Source: Candidatus Nomurabacteria bacterium
GTDB lineage: Bacteria > Patescibacteriota > Minisyncoccia > Phycocordibacterales > UBA9973
Assembly: GCA_052035405.1 (NCBI GenBank)
Contig: JBPOHQ010000003.1
Span: forward strand, 5,878 to 69,877
Reading direction: 5' to 3'
Length of the DNA stretch: 64,000 nucleotides
Shown here in pieces: positions 49,226-58,089 of this stretch. Below the pieces are notes generated by a model that saw only the letters and a list, made by a program, of their open reading frames with translations, did not search any database and was not told the DNA's origin. Position 1 is the first letter of the stretch; every line of letters starts with the position of its first letter. The position numbers and the translations under genes are program-made.

Positions 49226-49286
49226 ATGTAATTTATTATATTTAGATATATAATATAGTTGTTATTTATAAGATTAATTTAAATGC

Positions 49287-49514
49287 ATGGAAGAATTTTT
49301 AAAAAAAGGAGATAGGGTGGTCAATGTGCTTACCGGAGTAGTGGGCAAGATAGATGACCCCAGAAATATAAAGGAGGGAGTTGTAGTTGTTAAAACAGAA
49401 GGTTTTCTAGACTCGGAAGGAAAGATTATCCCTGAAAAACCTGGTATAGATGCTTTTCCTAAAAACTACACAGCCCCACTTTTTGATGTGAGCCCAAAAA
49501 AAGAAGAGGAATAA
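49287..49514 (+). CDS. Small hypothetical protein (possible SH3/KOW-like barrel)
   Basis: LKKGDRVVN..TGVVGKI...GVVVVK. Confidence 0.6.
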   Translation: MEEFLKKGDRVVNVLTGVVGKIDDPRNIKEGVVVVKTEGFLDSEGKIIPEKPGIDAFPKNYTAPLFDVSPKKEEE

Positions 49515-49521
49515 ATAATAT

Positions 49522-49549
49522 TTGACTTTTATTTATATTTTGCTACTAT
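49522..49549 (+). promoter_or_regulatory. Promoter of rpsS-rplE unit
   Basis: TTGACT-16 bp-TACTAT with extended TG. Confidence 0.7.
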
Positions 49550-49590
49550 AAGTCGTAGCTCAATTCAGAGCTTTTTGTTTACTTAATTTT

Positions 49591-49947
49591 ATGACACGAT
49601 CACTTAAAAAAGGAATATATCTAGACGAGAGACTACTAAAAAAGATAGTAGGCAAAAGCCCCATGCAAACACCCATGATAAAGACATGGAATAGAGCAGC
49701 GACAATAGCCCCAGAGATGGTTGGTTTTACTTTTGGCGTTTATAACGGAAAGGTTCACGTAGAAGTCATAGTCACAGAAGATATGGTAGGACACAGACTT
49801 GGTGAATTCTCTCCTACAAAGAAATTTATTAAACACGGAGGAAAGATGCAGAAAGAGCTTGAACAAAAGAAGAAAGAAGCTGAAATCACTCAAGCAAAAG
49901 CTGCTACAGCTGCAGCATCAAACGCTTCTGCTGCTAAAAAGAAATAA
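49591..49947 (+). CDS. rpsS: 30S ribosomal protein S19
   Basis: MTRSLKKG, MVGHRLGEFSPT. Confidence 0.97.
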   Translation: MTRSLKKGIYLDERLLKKIVGKSPMQTPMIKTWNRAATIAPEMVGFTFGVYNGKVHVEVIVTEDMVGHRLGEFSPTKKFIKHGGKMQKELEQKKKEAEITQAKAATAAASNASAAKKK

Positions 49948-49952
49948 TTATC

Positions 49953-50411
49953 ATGAAAGCATTTTTAAAAAATTACAGACAATCACCTAGAAAAGTCCGC
50001 CTTGTTGCTGACCTGATAAAAGGAAAAAGCGTAGATCAAGCTATTGTGTCTTTAGACTTCTTGGCAAAGAGAGCGGGGCTTCCTATAAAGAAGCTTATTC
50101 TTTCTGCTGTTGCTAATGCAAAACAAATGGGTAAAGAACAAGCTGATTTATTTATCAAGGAACTTACTGTAGACAAGGGTATCGTCATGAAGAGAATGAT
50201 GCCTCGAGCTATGGGAAGAGGGTACCGAATAAATAAACGAACAAGTCACTTAGAGGTGGTTTTAGCTGATGTATCAGAAAAGAAAGTAAAAGGAGCTAAA
50301 AGCACTAAACCAGCAAAAGTTGCTGCACCAATAGAAAAAAAGACAAAGAAAGTAATTACAAAAAAGAAAACAACCCTCGGCCGTAGACCTATGGGCGAGG
50401 CAAATAAATAA
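49953..50411 (+). CDS. rplV: 50S ribosomal protein L22
   Basis: QSPRKVRLVADLI, PRAMGR, KRTSH; Lys-rich C-extension. Confidence 0.96.
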   Translation: MKAFLKNYRQSPRKVRLVADLIKGKSVDQAIVSLDFLAKRAGLPIKKLILSAVANAKQMGKEQADLFIKELTVDKGIVMKRMMPRAMGRGYRINKRTSHLEVVLADVSEKKVKGAKSTKPAKVAAPIEKKTKKVITKKKTTLGRRPMGEANK

Positions 50412-50419
50412 AAAATATC

Positions 50420-51097
50420 ATGTCAAAAATAGTTCACCCATATGCACATAGACTAGTAATACTTCGAGATTGGAAATCTCGTTGGTTTGCTGATACTAAA
50501 AAATACACTGCTTTCTTGAAAGGAGATGTGCTTATTCGTGAATACTTAGAAAAGAAACTTCGTGGTATGTATGTTTCTTCTATCGAAATAGAGCGAAATC
50601 AAAAGACTACTCGTTTCATCATTCGTACTTCACGCCCAGGACTTATTATTGGACGAAATGGAGAAGGGGTTACTCGTCTAAAGGATGACATCTTAAAGAA
50701 GATGGATAAACTAAAACTTCCAAAGCAAGAAGACTTCAAGCTTGAAATAGTTGAAATCACAAATCCAGAAGCTGACGCAGCTATCGTAGCCTACATGATT
50801 GCAGAAGGACTTGAGAAAAGAATGACATACCGAAGAGTGATGAAGCAATTGCTCGACAAGGTAATGCAAGCTCCAGGAGTACAAGGAGCACGATTCGTGC
50901 TCGGAGGAAGACTTGGAGGAGCTGAAATTGCTCGTACGGAAGAGCTTAAGAGGGGATCAATCCCACTTCAGACTTTCCGTGCGGACATTGATTTCAAGCG
51001 AGAAAGAGCAAATCTTGCATACGGTGTTATTGGAATAAAGGTATGGATATACCGTGGTAAGATTTTTGCTGAAAAGAAAAATACTAAAAATAGTTAA
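50420..51097 (+). CDS. rpsC: 30S ribosomal protein S3
   Basis: RPGLIIG, GRLGGAEIAR, PLQTFRADID, YGVIGIKVWI. Confidence 0.97.
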   Translation: MSKIVHPYAHRLVILRDWKSRWFADTKKYTAFLKGDVLIREYLEKKLRGMYVSSIEIERNQKTTRFIIRTSRPGLIIGRNGEGVTRLKDDILKKMDKLKLPKQEDFKLEIVEITNPEADAAIVAYMIAEGLEKRMTYRRVMKQLLDKVMQAPGVQGARFVLGGRLGGAEIARTEELKRGSIPLQTFRADIDFKRERANLAYGVIGIKVWIYRGKIFAEKKNTKNS

Positions 51098-51106
51098 TTT
51101 AAATTT

Positions 51107-51532
51107 ATGTTAATCCCTAAAAAAGTAAAATTTAGAAAGTGGCAAAGTAAGCGTATCAACCCAAAGAAGATTACGCCTGAAACTCGAGGTATTAAACTAT
51201 CTTTCGGATCTTTCGGATTGAAAGCTGAGAGTGAGTCACGAGTAAAATCTAACCAACTCGAATCAGCAAGAAAGGTTATCTCACGTACACTTACTAAGAC
51301 TGGTAAATACTGGATTCGCGTTTTCCCTGATCGACCTTTTACACAAAAAGCTGCTCAAGTAGGTATGGGAAAGGGTAAAGGAGACCCACAAGGATATTGC
51401 TGTGAAGTATTACCTGGAAGAATTTTATTTGAAGTAGATGGAGTAGAAGAATCAATCGCTCGAGAAGCTTTGAGAAAAGCAGGAGCAAAATTACCTGTAA
51501 AGACCAGAATCGTAGCACGAGTAAATAAATAA
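51107..51532 (+). CDS. rplP: 50S ribosomal protein L16
   Basis: WIRVFPD, MGKGKG, KLPVKT. Confidence 0.97.
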   Translation: MLIPKKVKFRKWQSKRINPKKITPETRGIKLSFGSFGLKAESESRVKSNQLESARKVISRTLTKTGKYWIRVFPDRPFTQKAAQVGMGKGKGDPQGYCCEVLPGRILFEVDGVEESIAREALRKAGAKLPVKTRIVARVNK

Positions 51533-51536
51533 TTTT

Positions 51537-51737
51537 ATGAAGAAGAAAACAGATAATTTAAAAAATACAGTTACTGGAGATTTGTCAGAAAAACTCGCTG
51601 CTCTTCGTGAGCAGGTTCGTGCTATTGCCTTTAATATTCAAGGATCAAAAATAAAGAATGTAAAAGAAGTTTCTTCAATCAAAAAAGAAATTGCCCGAGT
51701 ATTGACAGAAATGAATAAAAATAATAAAAATAAATAA
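51537..51737 (+). CDS. rpmC: 50S ribosomal protein L29
   Basis: [10 protein letters not shown]; position between rplP and rpsQ. Confidence 0.92.
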   Translation: MKKKTDNLKNTVTGDLSEKLAALREQVRAIAFNIQGSKIKNVKEVSSIKKEIARVLTEMNKNNKNK

Positions 51738-51742
51738 CATAT

Positions 51743-52021
51743 ATGGCACTTAAAGCAAAAAAAACTAAAGAAGTTAAAGTAGTAAAAAAGACAAAAACTG
51801 GAAAGGTTTTAAGTGGTGTTGTTGTTTCTGACAAGATGAACAAGACCGTTGTTGTTTCTGTATCTCGTTTCGTAAAACACCCAAAATATGGAAAATTCTA
51901 CCAAATCAGCAAGAAGTACAAAGCACACGATGAAGATAATACTGTAAAGACAGGAGATAAAGTTGATATTGTTGAAGTACGACCAATGTCAAAAGATAAA
52001 AGATTTAAAGTAGTAAAATAA
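51743..52021 (+). CDS. rpsQ: 30S ribosomal protein S17
   Basis: [29 protein letters not shown]. Confidence 0.96.
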   Translation: MALKAKKTKEVKVVKKTKTGKVLSGVVVSDKMNKTVVVSVSRFVKHPKYGKFYQISKKYKAHDEDNTVKTGDKVDIVEVRPMSKDKRFKVVK

Positions 52022-52025
52022 TTTT

Positions 52026-52397
52026 ATGATTCAACCACAAACAATAGTAAAAATAACAGACAACGCAGGAGGTACCGTAGGACAGGTATTTAAGGTTCTT
52101 GGTAGTTCAAAGAAGAGATACGCTGGTATTGGAGAGCTTGTGGTTATCACTGTTAAAGTAGCTTCACCTCGTAAAGCAGTAAAAAAGAAAGACGTTCATC
52201 AAGCTGTAGTAGTACGAACTCGTGCTGCATACAGAAGAAAAGATGGATCATATATTCGTTTCGATGATAATGCTGTGGTAATTCTTGAAAAAGGAAAGAT
52301 GGATCCAAAAGCTGGACGCATCTTCGGACCAATACCAAGAGAACTTGCTGAAAAAGGTTTCCAGAAAATCATCTCTCTTGCACCTGAGGTTATATAA
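52026..52397 (+). CDS. rplN: 50S ribosomal protein L14
   Basis: MIQ, RFDDNAVV, RIFGPIPREL, SLAPEV. Confidence 0.97.
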   Translation: MIQPQTIVKITDNAGGTVGQVFKVLGSSKKRYAGIGELVVITVKVASPRKAVKKKDVHQAVVVRTRAAYRRKDGSYIRFDDNAVVILEKGKMDPKAGRIFGPIPRELAEKGFQKIISLAPEVI

Positions 52398-52424
52398 ACG
52401 TATATAAATATTTAGATAAATCAC

Positions 52425-52730
52425 ATGAAATTAAAAAAAGGAGACAATGTAATAGTGACAACAGGAAAAGACAAGGGTAAAAAAGGCAAGATTATGCGTG
52501 TTTTACCAGCTTTGAATAAGGTCATCGTTGAAGGTTTGAACATGGTAAAAAAACACCAGAAGCCAAGAAAGAGTAACGAGAAGGGAACTACTATCAGTAT
52601 TTCAATGCCTATGAATGCTTCAAATGTCATGATGCTTGATCCAAAATCAGGAAAACCTACAAGACTTGGTAAGAAAAAAGTAGGAGACAAATTTGTCCGT
52701 ATCGCAAGAAAGAGTAACCAAGAAGTATAA
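52425..52730 (+). CDS. rplX: 50S ribosomal protein L24
   Basis: KKGDNVIVTTGKDKGKKG, VEGLN, SNV. Confidence 0.96.
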   Translation: MKLKKGDNVIVTTGKDKGKKGKIMRVLPALNKVIVEGLNMVKKHQKPRKSNEKGTTISISMPMNASNVMMLDPKSGKPTRLGKKKVGDKFVRIARKSNQEV

Positions 52731-52752
52731 TAAAGAATTTTAAACTAATATT

Positions 52753-53319
52753 ATGAAACATGTAACTGTAAAAGAAAAAGAAGGAGAAAGCTATAAAGTA
52801 ATGAAACCAACGTTTCATTATAAAAATATTATGGCTGCTCCTAAACTTGTAAAAGTCGTGATAAACGTCGGTACTGGTACTGGTATCAAGAAAGATAAGA
52901 ATAAGAATGATGATATTATTGCTCGTCTTTCAAAGATTACTGGACAGAGTCCTGTCAAAAAAGGTGCAAAGCAATCAATCTCAACTTTCAAAATAAGACA
53001 AGGAGACCCTATCGGTATCGTTGTTACGCTTCGAGGAAAGAGAATGTACGGTTTCCTTGAAAAATTCTTCAATATTGCTTTACCTCGTACAAAAGACTGG
53101 AGAGGACTTTCAAAGAAGATTGTAGACAACATCGGAAACATCACTATTGGTATTAAAGAACACACTATCTTCCCTGAAACTGCTGATGAAGACATACGAG
53201 ATGTATTCGGACTTTCAGTTACTATCGTTTCAACCGCTAAGACAAAAGATGAAGGACTCGCATTCTTTGAACTCATAGGTGTTCCTTTCAAGAAAGAAGA
53301 AGAAACTAAGAAAAAATAA
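52753..53319 (+). CDS. rplE: 50S ribosomal protein L5
   Basis: ITGQ.P, FKIRQG.PIG..VTLRG, IFPE. Confidence 0.96.
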   Translation: MKHVTVKEKEGESYKVMKPTFHYKNIMAAPKLVKVVINVGTGTGIKKDKNKNDDIIARLSKITGQSPVKKGAKQSISTFKIRQGDPIGIVVTLRGKRMYGFLEKFFNIALPRTKDWRGLSKKIVDNIGNITIGIKEHTIFPETADEDIRDVFGLSVTIVSTAKTKDEGLAFFELIGVPFKKEEETKKK

Positions 53320-53328
53320 TTTTAAATA

Positions 53329-53370
53329 AACAAAAAATCCCCTCATAAGTACATGAGGGGATTTTTTGTT
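53329..53370 (+). terminator. Intrinsic terminator after rplE
   Basis: aacaaaaaatcccctcat-aagtac-atgaggggattttttgtt. Confidence 0.9.
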
Positions 53371-53416
53371 ATGTAATTCACATTTTTAGATATGATATTA
53401 CACCACTCTAGAAGAG

Positions 53417-53550
53417 TTGACTATTTTTATAGTATCTGCTAGTATCTTGTAGGTAAGGGGAGTTTAGTTTTAGTCAATCTGTTTTTCTCCTTTAGCCCTC
53501 GTTATGAGGTTTAAAGAAATAAAACAAGATATTGCAAAACTACCCTACAA
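53417..53550 (+). promoter_or_regulatory. Promoter and structured 5' leader of rpsN-secY unit
   Basis: TTGACT-17-TAGTAT, then ~104-nt imperfect hairpin closed by ttgtagg(53447-53)/cctacaa(53544-50). Confidence 0.6.
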
Positions 53551-53559
53551 AAATATTTT

Positions 53560-53745
53560 ATGGCAAAAACATCAGTAGTAGCAAGATCGCTCAAAAAACC
53601 AAAGTTTAGTACTCGACAAAAAAATCGATGTTTTCGATGTGGAAGAGGTCATGGCTTTATGCGTGATTTTAACCTATGTCGTATTTGTTTCCGAGAATTA
53701 GCAAACGAAGGTAATTTACCAGGTATCAGAAAATCTTCTTGGTAA
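53560..53745 (+). CDS. rpsN: 30S ribosomal protein S14, zinc-binding (type Z) form
   Basis: 61 aa, CFRC...CRICFRELA...PGIRKSSW. Confidence 0.96.
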   Translation: MAKTSVVARSLKKPKFSTRQKNRCFRCGRGHGFMRDFNLCRICFRELANEGNLPGIRKSSW

Positions 53746-53755
53746 GAAAAAATTT

Positions 53756-54142
53756 ATGGATTATATCGCAAACATGATAATAATGATGAAGAACGCAAGT
53801 GCTATGGGGCACGCTTCTATCACCGTACCGTATTCAAAATTAAAAAACGCTATTGCACTTTGCTTGCAAAAAGAAGGATACGTTGGAGAGGTTACAAAAA
53901 AAGTAAAGAAAGGAAACCCAGTACTTGAAATTGCACTCGTATATATAGACAAGAAACCAAAGATTTCTGAAGTAGAAAGAGTGTCAAAATCTTCACGAAG
54001 AGTGTACTTTGGTATGAAAGATTTACATACAATACGAAATGGTTCAGGACTTCTTGTGCTTTCAACACCAAAAGGAATTTTATCTGGAAAAGAAGCTCGA
54101 AAAGAACAGGTCGGAGGAGAAGCGTTGTTTAAAATGTGGTAA
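53756..54142 (+). CDS. rpsH: 30S ribosomal protein S8
   Basis: RVSKSSRRVY, LSTPKGIL, GGE. Confidence 0.96.
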   Translation: MDYIANMIIMMKNASAMGHASITVPYSKLKNAIALCLQKEGYVGEVTKKVKKGNPVLEIALVYIDKKPKISEVERVSKSSRRVYFGMKDLHTIRNGSGLLVLSTPKGILSGKEARKEQVGGEALFKMW

Positions 54143-54154
54143 TAATAAATTTAT

Positions 54155-54688
54155 ATGAGTAGAATTGGAAAAAAACAAATAGCTATCCCAAAAGGAGTTG
54201 AAGTCAATAAAAATGGTAATACTTTTACGGTGAAGGGTCCAAAAGGAACACTCATAAAAGAATTTCGTGATGACATCACTATCACTATTGCTGACGGTAT
54301 CGTATCCTTAGATATAAAGAGAAATGATAAGTTTTCAAAATCTCTTTGGGGAACATATGCTTCACATATCATGAATATGATTAAAGGAGTAGAGACACCA
54401 TTTGAAAAGAAGCTTATCTTAGAAGGAGTTGGATTTAAATCAGAAGTTAAAGGAAAGGAATTTCATTTTGCGTTAGGATTCTCTCATCCTGTTGTTGTTG
54501 CTATCCCAGAAGGAATCACTGCTACCGCAGAAAAGAATAACATCACTATCACTGGTATCGACAAGGAATTAGTTGGAAGTTTTGCAGCTTCTGTGCGAGC
54601 ATTAAAGAAGCCTGAGCCATATAAAGGTAAAGGTATGCGTTACTCTGATGAAGTTATCAGAAGAAAACAAGGTAAAAAGACTGCATAA
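54155..54688 (+). CDS. rplF: 50S ribosomal protein L6
   Basis: MSRIGK, LGFSHP, PEPYKGKG. Confidence 0.97.
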   Translation: MSRIGKKQIAIPKGVEVNKNGNTFTVKGPKGTLIKEFRDDITITIADGIVSLDIKRNDKFSKSLWGTYASHIMNMIKGVETPFEKKLILEGVGFKSEVKGKEFHFALGFSHPVVVAIPEGITATAEKNNITITGIDKELVGSFAASVRALKKPEPYKGKGMRYSDEVIRRKQGKKTA

Positions 54689-54705
54689 AAATTTATTGTA
54701 ATATT

Positions 54706-55047
54706 ATGAAAAAGACTACTGACAAAAGAATACGTTTAAAGAAAAAGATTCGAGCAAAAGTTGTAGGTGTGGAATCACGCCCAAGACTTTCTGTGTATCG
54801 ATCAAATAAATTTATCTACGCTCAAGTTATCAACGATACGAAAGGTCACACAGTAGCTTCTGCTAGCGATGTCAGTGTTAAAAAGGGAACAAAGATAGAG
54901 AGAGCAAAAGAAGTTGGAAAATTGATTGCAGATGCATGTAAAGCTTTAAAAATAACTAAAGTTGTTTTTGATAGAAATGGTTTTAAATATACAGGCCGCA
55001 TTAAATTATTAGCAGATTCAGCAAGAGAGAATGGGCTTGTATTTTAA
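54706..55047 (+). CDS. rplR: 50S ribosomal protein L18
   Basis: RPRLSVYRSNK, VFDRNGFKYTGR. Confidence 0.96.
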   Translation: MKKTTDKRIRLKKKIRAKVVGVESRPRLSVYRSNKFIYAQVINDTKGHTVASASDVSVKKGTKIERAKEVGKLIADACKALKITKVVFDRNGFKYTGRIKLLADSARENGLVF

Positions 55048-55058
55048 TTTTTAAATAT

Positions 55059-55607
55059 ATGGAAAAAGGAAACGAAAAAAGAAATAGTAGTCGAAGAAGT
55101 GGATCTTTTGTGCGTCCAAAGCCAGAATTTGACCAAAAAATAGTGAGTATTCGACGTGTTACTCGTGTGGTTGCTGGAGGACGAAGATTTTCTTTCTCTG
55201 TTGCACTTGTTGCAGGAGACAAAAAAGGAGGTATTGGGCTTGGACTTGGTAAGGCAGGAGATACAGCACTTGCTATCAATAAAGCATTGAGAAATGCGAA
55301 GAGAAACATGATTCGAGTACACCTCACTAAGACTCTCTCTATTCCTCATGAAGTATCTGCAAAGTTCTCAAGTTCAAAAGTGACTATTATGCCAAATAAA
55401 GGACGAGGTCTTGTAGCTGGTACTGTTGTTCGCGATATTCTAAAACTCGCTGGAATTAAAGATATTACTGCGAAAGTACATGGAGGTACAAAGAATAAAT
55501 TAAATAACTCAAAAGCGGTAATGGATGCACTAACACAAGTAGCAAGTAAATATGTAAAGATGGAAGCTGAGGTTGCCTCACCTACAACTCTTGCTGAGAA
55601 AAAATAA
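55059..55607 (+). CDS. rpsE: 30S ribosomal protein S5
   Basis: RRVTRVVAGGRRFSF, LAGIKDI. Confidence 0.96.
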   Translation: MEKGNEKRNSSRRSGSFVRPKPEFDQKIVSIRRVTRVVAGGRRFSFSVALVAGDKKGGIGLGLGKAGDTALAINKALRNAKRNMIRVHLTKTLSIPHEVSAKFSSSKVTIMPNKGRGLVAGTVVRDILKLAGIKDITAKVHGGTKNKLNNSKAVMDALTQVASKYVKMEAEVASPTTLAEKK

Positions 55608-55630
55608 GTTTAGCAATTTTAGATAATATT

Positions 55631-56083
55631 ATGCAGATACATAACTTAAAAAGAAAATTCAAAAATAAGAAAGACCGACTTATTGGTCGTGGTGGAAAGC
55701 ACGCTAAGACTGCAGGACGTGGAGGGAAAGGTCAGACAGCACGTTCTGGTAACAAGCGTCGTCCAGAACTTCGTGATATCATCAAGAAGTTGCCAAAACT
55801 ACGAGGGTACAGATTTAATTCTTATGCATTAAAGCCTGTTAGTGTTTCTCTAACTAAAATTGCGAAAGTATTTCCAAAAGGTGGAGAAGTAAATCCAAAG
55901 GCGCTCTTAGAACTTAAAGTTATAAAAAATAAAAAAGGTATTCTCCCACAAGTAAAGTTACTTAATTCTAAAGAAGCATTTGCTGTGAAGATAACTGTCT
56001 CTGGTTGTACTGTATCTAAAACCGCTCAAGAACAAATTCTGAAAGCTGGTGGAGAAGTAAAGGTCATCGAGCCTAAAAAATAA
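55631..56083 (+). CDS. rplO: 50S ribosomal protein L15
   Basis: GRGGKHAKTAGRGGKGQTARSG, LPKLRG, ILKAGG. Confidence 0.95.
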   Translation: MQIHNLKRKFKNKKDRLIGRGGKHAKTAGRGGKGQTARSGNKRRPELRDIIKKLPKLRGYRFNSYALKPVSVSLTKIAKVFPKGGEVNPKALLELKVIKNKKGILPQVKLLNSKEAFAVKITVSGCTVSKTAQEQILKAGGEVKVIEPKK

Positions 56084-56097
56084 ATAAGAAAAAATAA

Positions 56098-57369
56098 ATG
56101 GGAAATTTTTGGAGTAAAATAAAATTAGTTTGGAATGACTCATCTTTAAGAAAGAAGGTGTTGTTCGTCCTTGGCTCTCTTATTCTTTTTCGATTACTCG
56201 CTGCTATTCCGATTCCAGGAATTGACACACTTGCATTAAACAGATTTCTTTCTAATAATCAGTTTTTTGGTATATTAAATATCTTTTCAGGAGGAGGACT
56301 CTCTAATCTTTCTATCGTGATGCTTGGAGTAGGGCCGTATATTACAGGTTCCATCATCATGCAGCTTTTGACTATCATGGTACCCGCTCTAAAGAGAATA
56401 TATCAAGACGAAGGTGAAGCAGGACGAAGAAAATTCACTCAATACTCAAGAATGCTTACAGTTCCTTTAGCAGCTATTCAAGGTTTTAGTCTTCTTGCAA
56501 TACTTGAAAGACAAGCTATTCTTGTCGACTTAACTGCTTTTGATAGAGTTGTTAACTTGATTATTGTTGTCGCTGGAGCACTGCTTATCATGTGGCTTGG
56601 AGAACTTATGACTGAATTTGGTATTGGTAATGGAGTCTCTATGATTATCTTTGCTGGTATTGTCTCTGCGTTGCCTACACATGTTAGCCAACTTATCTTT
56701 ACTTTTGATGCTTCTCAAATACCACTCTATATAGCTTTTGCTGTTGTTGGAATTTTGGTTATTGCTGGAGTTGTCGTAGTCACAGAAGCAGAACGGCCAA
56801 TCCCAGTGACCTATGCAAAGCGAGTGCGAGGTATGAAGATGTATGGGGGAGGTAACACCTACCTGCCACTTCGCGTAAACCAAGCTGGAGTTATACCAAT
56901 AATCTTTGCACTTTCAATATTATTATTTCCTCAAATGATCGGTAATGCACTTTCTTCTTCTACTAATGCAATACTTATGAAGGTATCTCAAGCATTAGTG
57001 TCTTTCTCTCAGACATCTACTCTTTACGCAGTCTTATATTTCATTCTTGTTTTCTTCTTCACATACTTCTATACTGCAGTTACTTTTGACCCTGAAGCAC
57101 TTTCTACTAACCTCCAAAAGAATGGAGCATTCATTCCAGGTGTTCGTCCAGGAGCTTCTACTGCAGCATATATCTCAAAAGTATTGAGCCGTATCACTTT
57201 ACTTGGAGCAGTCTTCTTAGGATTTATTGCAGTTTTACCTATAGTTATGCAAAAAGTTACTGGTATCACATCTCTTGCACTTGGAGGTACTGCACTCCTT
57301 ATCGTTGTCTCTGTTGTTCTTGACTTGATTAAGAAAGTAGATGCACAAGTCTCAATGAGAGAATACTAG
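56098..57369 (+). CDS. secY: Preprotein translocase subunit SecY
   Basis: LGVGPYITGSII, GIGNGVSMII, AGVIPIIFA, FIPGVRPG, GGTALLIVV. Confidence 0.98.
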   Translation: MGNFWSKIKLVWNDSSLRKKVLFVLGSLILFRLLAAIPIPGIDTLALNRFLSNNQFFGILNIFSGGGLSNLSIVMLGVGPYITGSIIMQLLTIMVPALKRIYQDEGEAGRRKFTQYSRMLTVPLAAIQGFSLLAILERQAILVDLTAFDRVVNLIIVVAGALLIMWLGELMTEFGIGNGVSMIIFAGIVSALPTHVSQLIFTFDASQIPLYIAFAVVGILVIAGVVVVTEAERPIPVTYAKRVRGMKMYGGGNTYLPLRVNQAGVIPIIFALSILLFPQMIGNALSSSTNAILMKVSQALVSFSQTSTLYAVLYFILVFFFTYFYTAVTFDPEALSTNLQKNGAFIPGVRPGASTAAYISKVLSRITLLGAVFLGFIAVLPIVMQKVTGITSLALGGTALLIVVSVVLDLIKKVDAQVSMREY

Positions 57370-57385
57370 AATATTTAATTCAATC

Positions 57386-57424
57386 AAACAAAAACCCCTG
57401 AATACTATTCAGGGGTTTTTGTTT
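57386..57424. terminator. Bidirectional terminator secY/cmk
   Basis: aaacaaaaacccctgaata-c-tattcaggggtttttgttt. Confidence 0.9.
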
Positions 57425-57438
57425 TCAGTGTTTTAAAG

Positions 57439-58005
57439 TTATGCTTCTAGCCACTTTTTATATTCAGTAATTATTTTCGACACAACCGACTCGAGATTGT
57501 TTTCGTTCGTGTCTACCAAGAGGTTATACTCTTCTTTTTTTGTATTATCTACTCCATATAAAGCCATGTATCTTTTGTTTTCACTCTCTAGTCTTTCTAT
57601 TATTTTGGTATACACTTCCTCTTCGGTGGTTGCGTGCTCACTTTCTTGTCTCAGTTTGTTTGTCTTCAGATTGTTTAGAATTCTTTCTTTTGCTATTTCT
57701 TGAGGTAGATCTAAATATACTTTAAAAGACTCAGGTATCCAATGAAAGGCCATACGTGAATCTATTACTATCTTTGTTAGTTCGCCTGCTTTTTTTACCT
57801 CGTTGTCTATTTCTGTGTCGATGCTTTTGTCAGTCTCGGCTTTTATGTTGAGTTCATTGATAGATAAACCCATGTCGACAGCAATTTTTCTCATAAAGTC
57901 TCCAGAAGAAAATCTCTCATACCCGAGAGTTTTAGCCACCATGTTTGCAGTACTTGATTTACCGCTTCCAGGGAATCCGTTTATCGTGATGATTTCTTTT
58001 TTCAT
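57439..58005 (-). CDS. cmk: Cytidylate kinase, archaeal-type family
   Basis: ITINGFPGSGKSSTA, SSGDFMR, IDTEID, DSRM, RLESENKRY..YGVD. Confidence 0.75.
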   Translation of the reverse strand: MKKEIITINGFPGSGKSSTANMVAKTLGYERFSSGDFMRKIAVDMGLSINELNIKAETDKSIDTEIDNEVKKAGELTKIVIDSRMAFHWIPESFKVYLDLPQEIAKERILNNLKTNKLRQESEHATTEEEVYTKIIERLESENKRYMALYGVDNTKKEEYNLLVDTNENNLESVVSKIITEYKKWLEA

Positions 58006-58089
58006 GCTTTATTAAAACATATTTTAACTTAAAAATACAATAAAAATAGGGTTGATTTTTATGTGTTTTTTCTGTATTGTGTATACATT

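Noticed and set aside
45165-52021. Lys/Ala-rich terminal extensions on S10, S19, L22 and S17 as a novel system
   Set aside because: Low-complexity r-protein tails are common and no shared motif is visible
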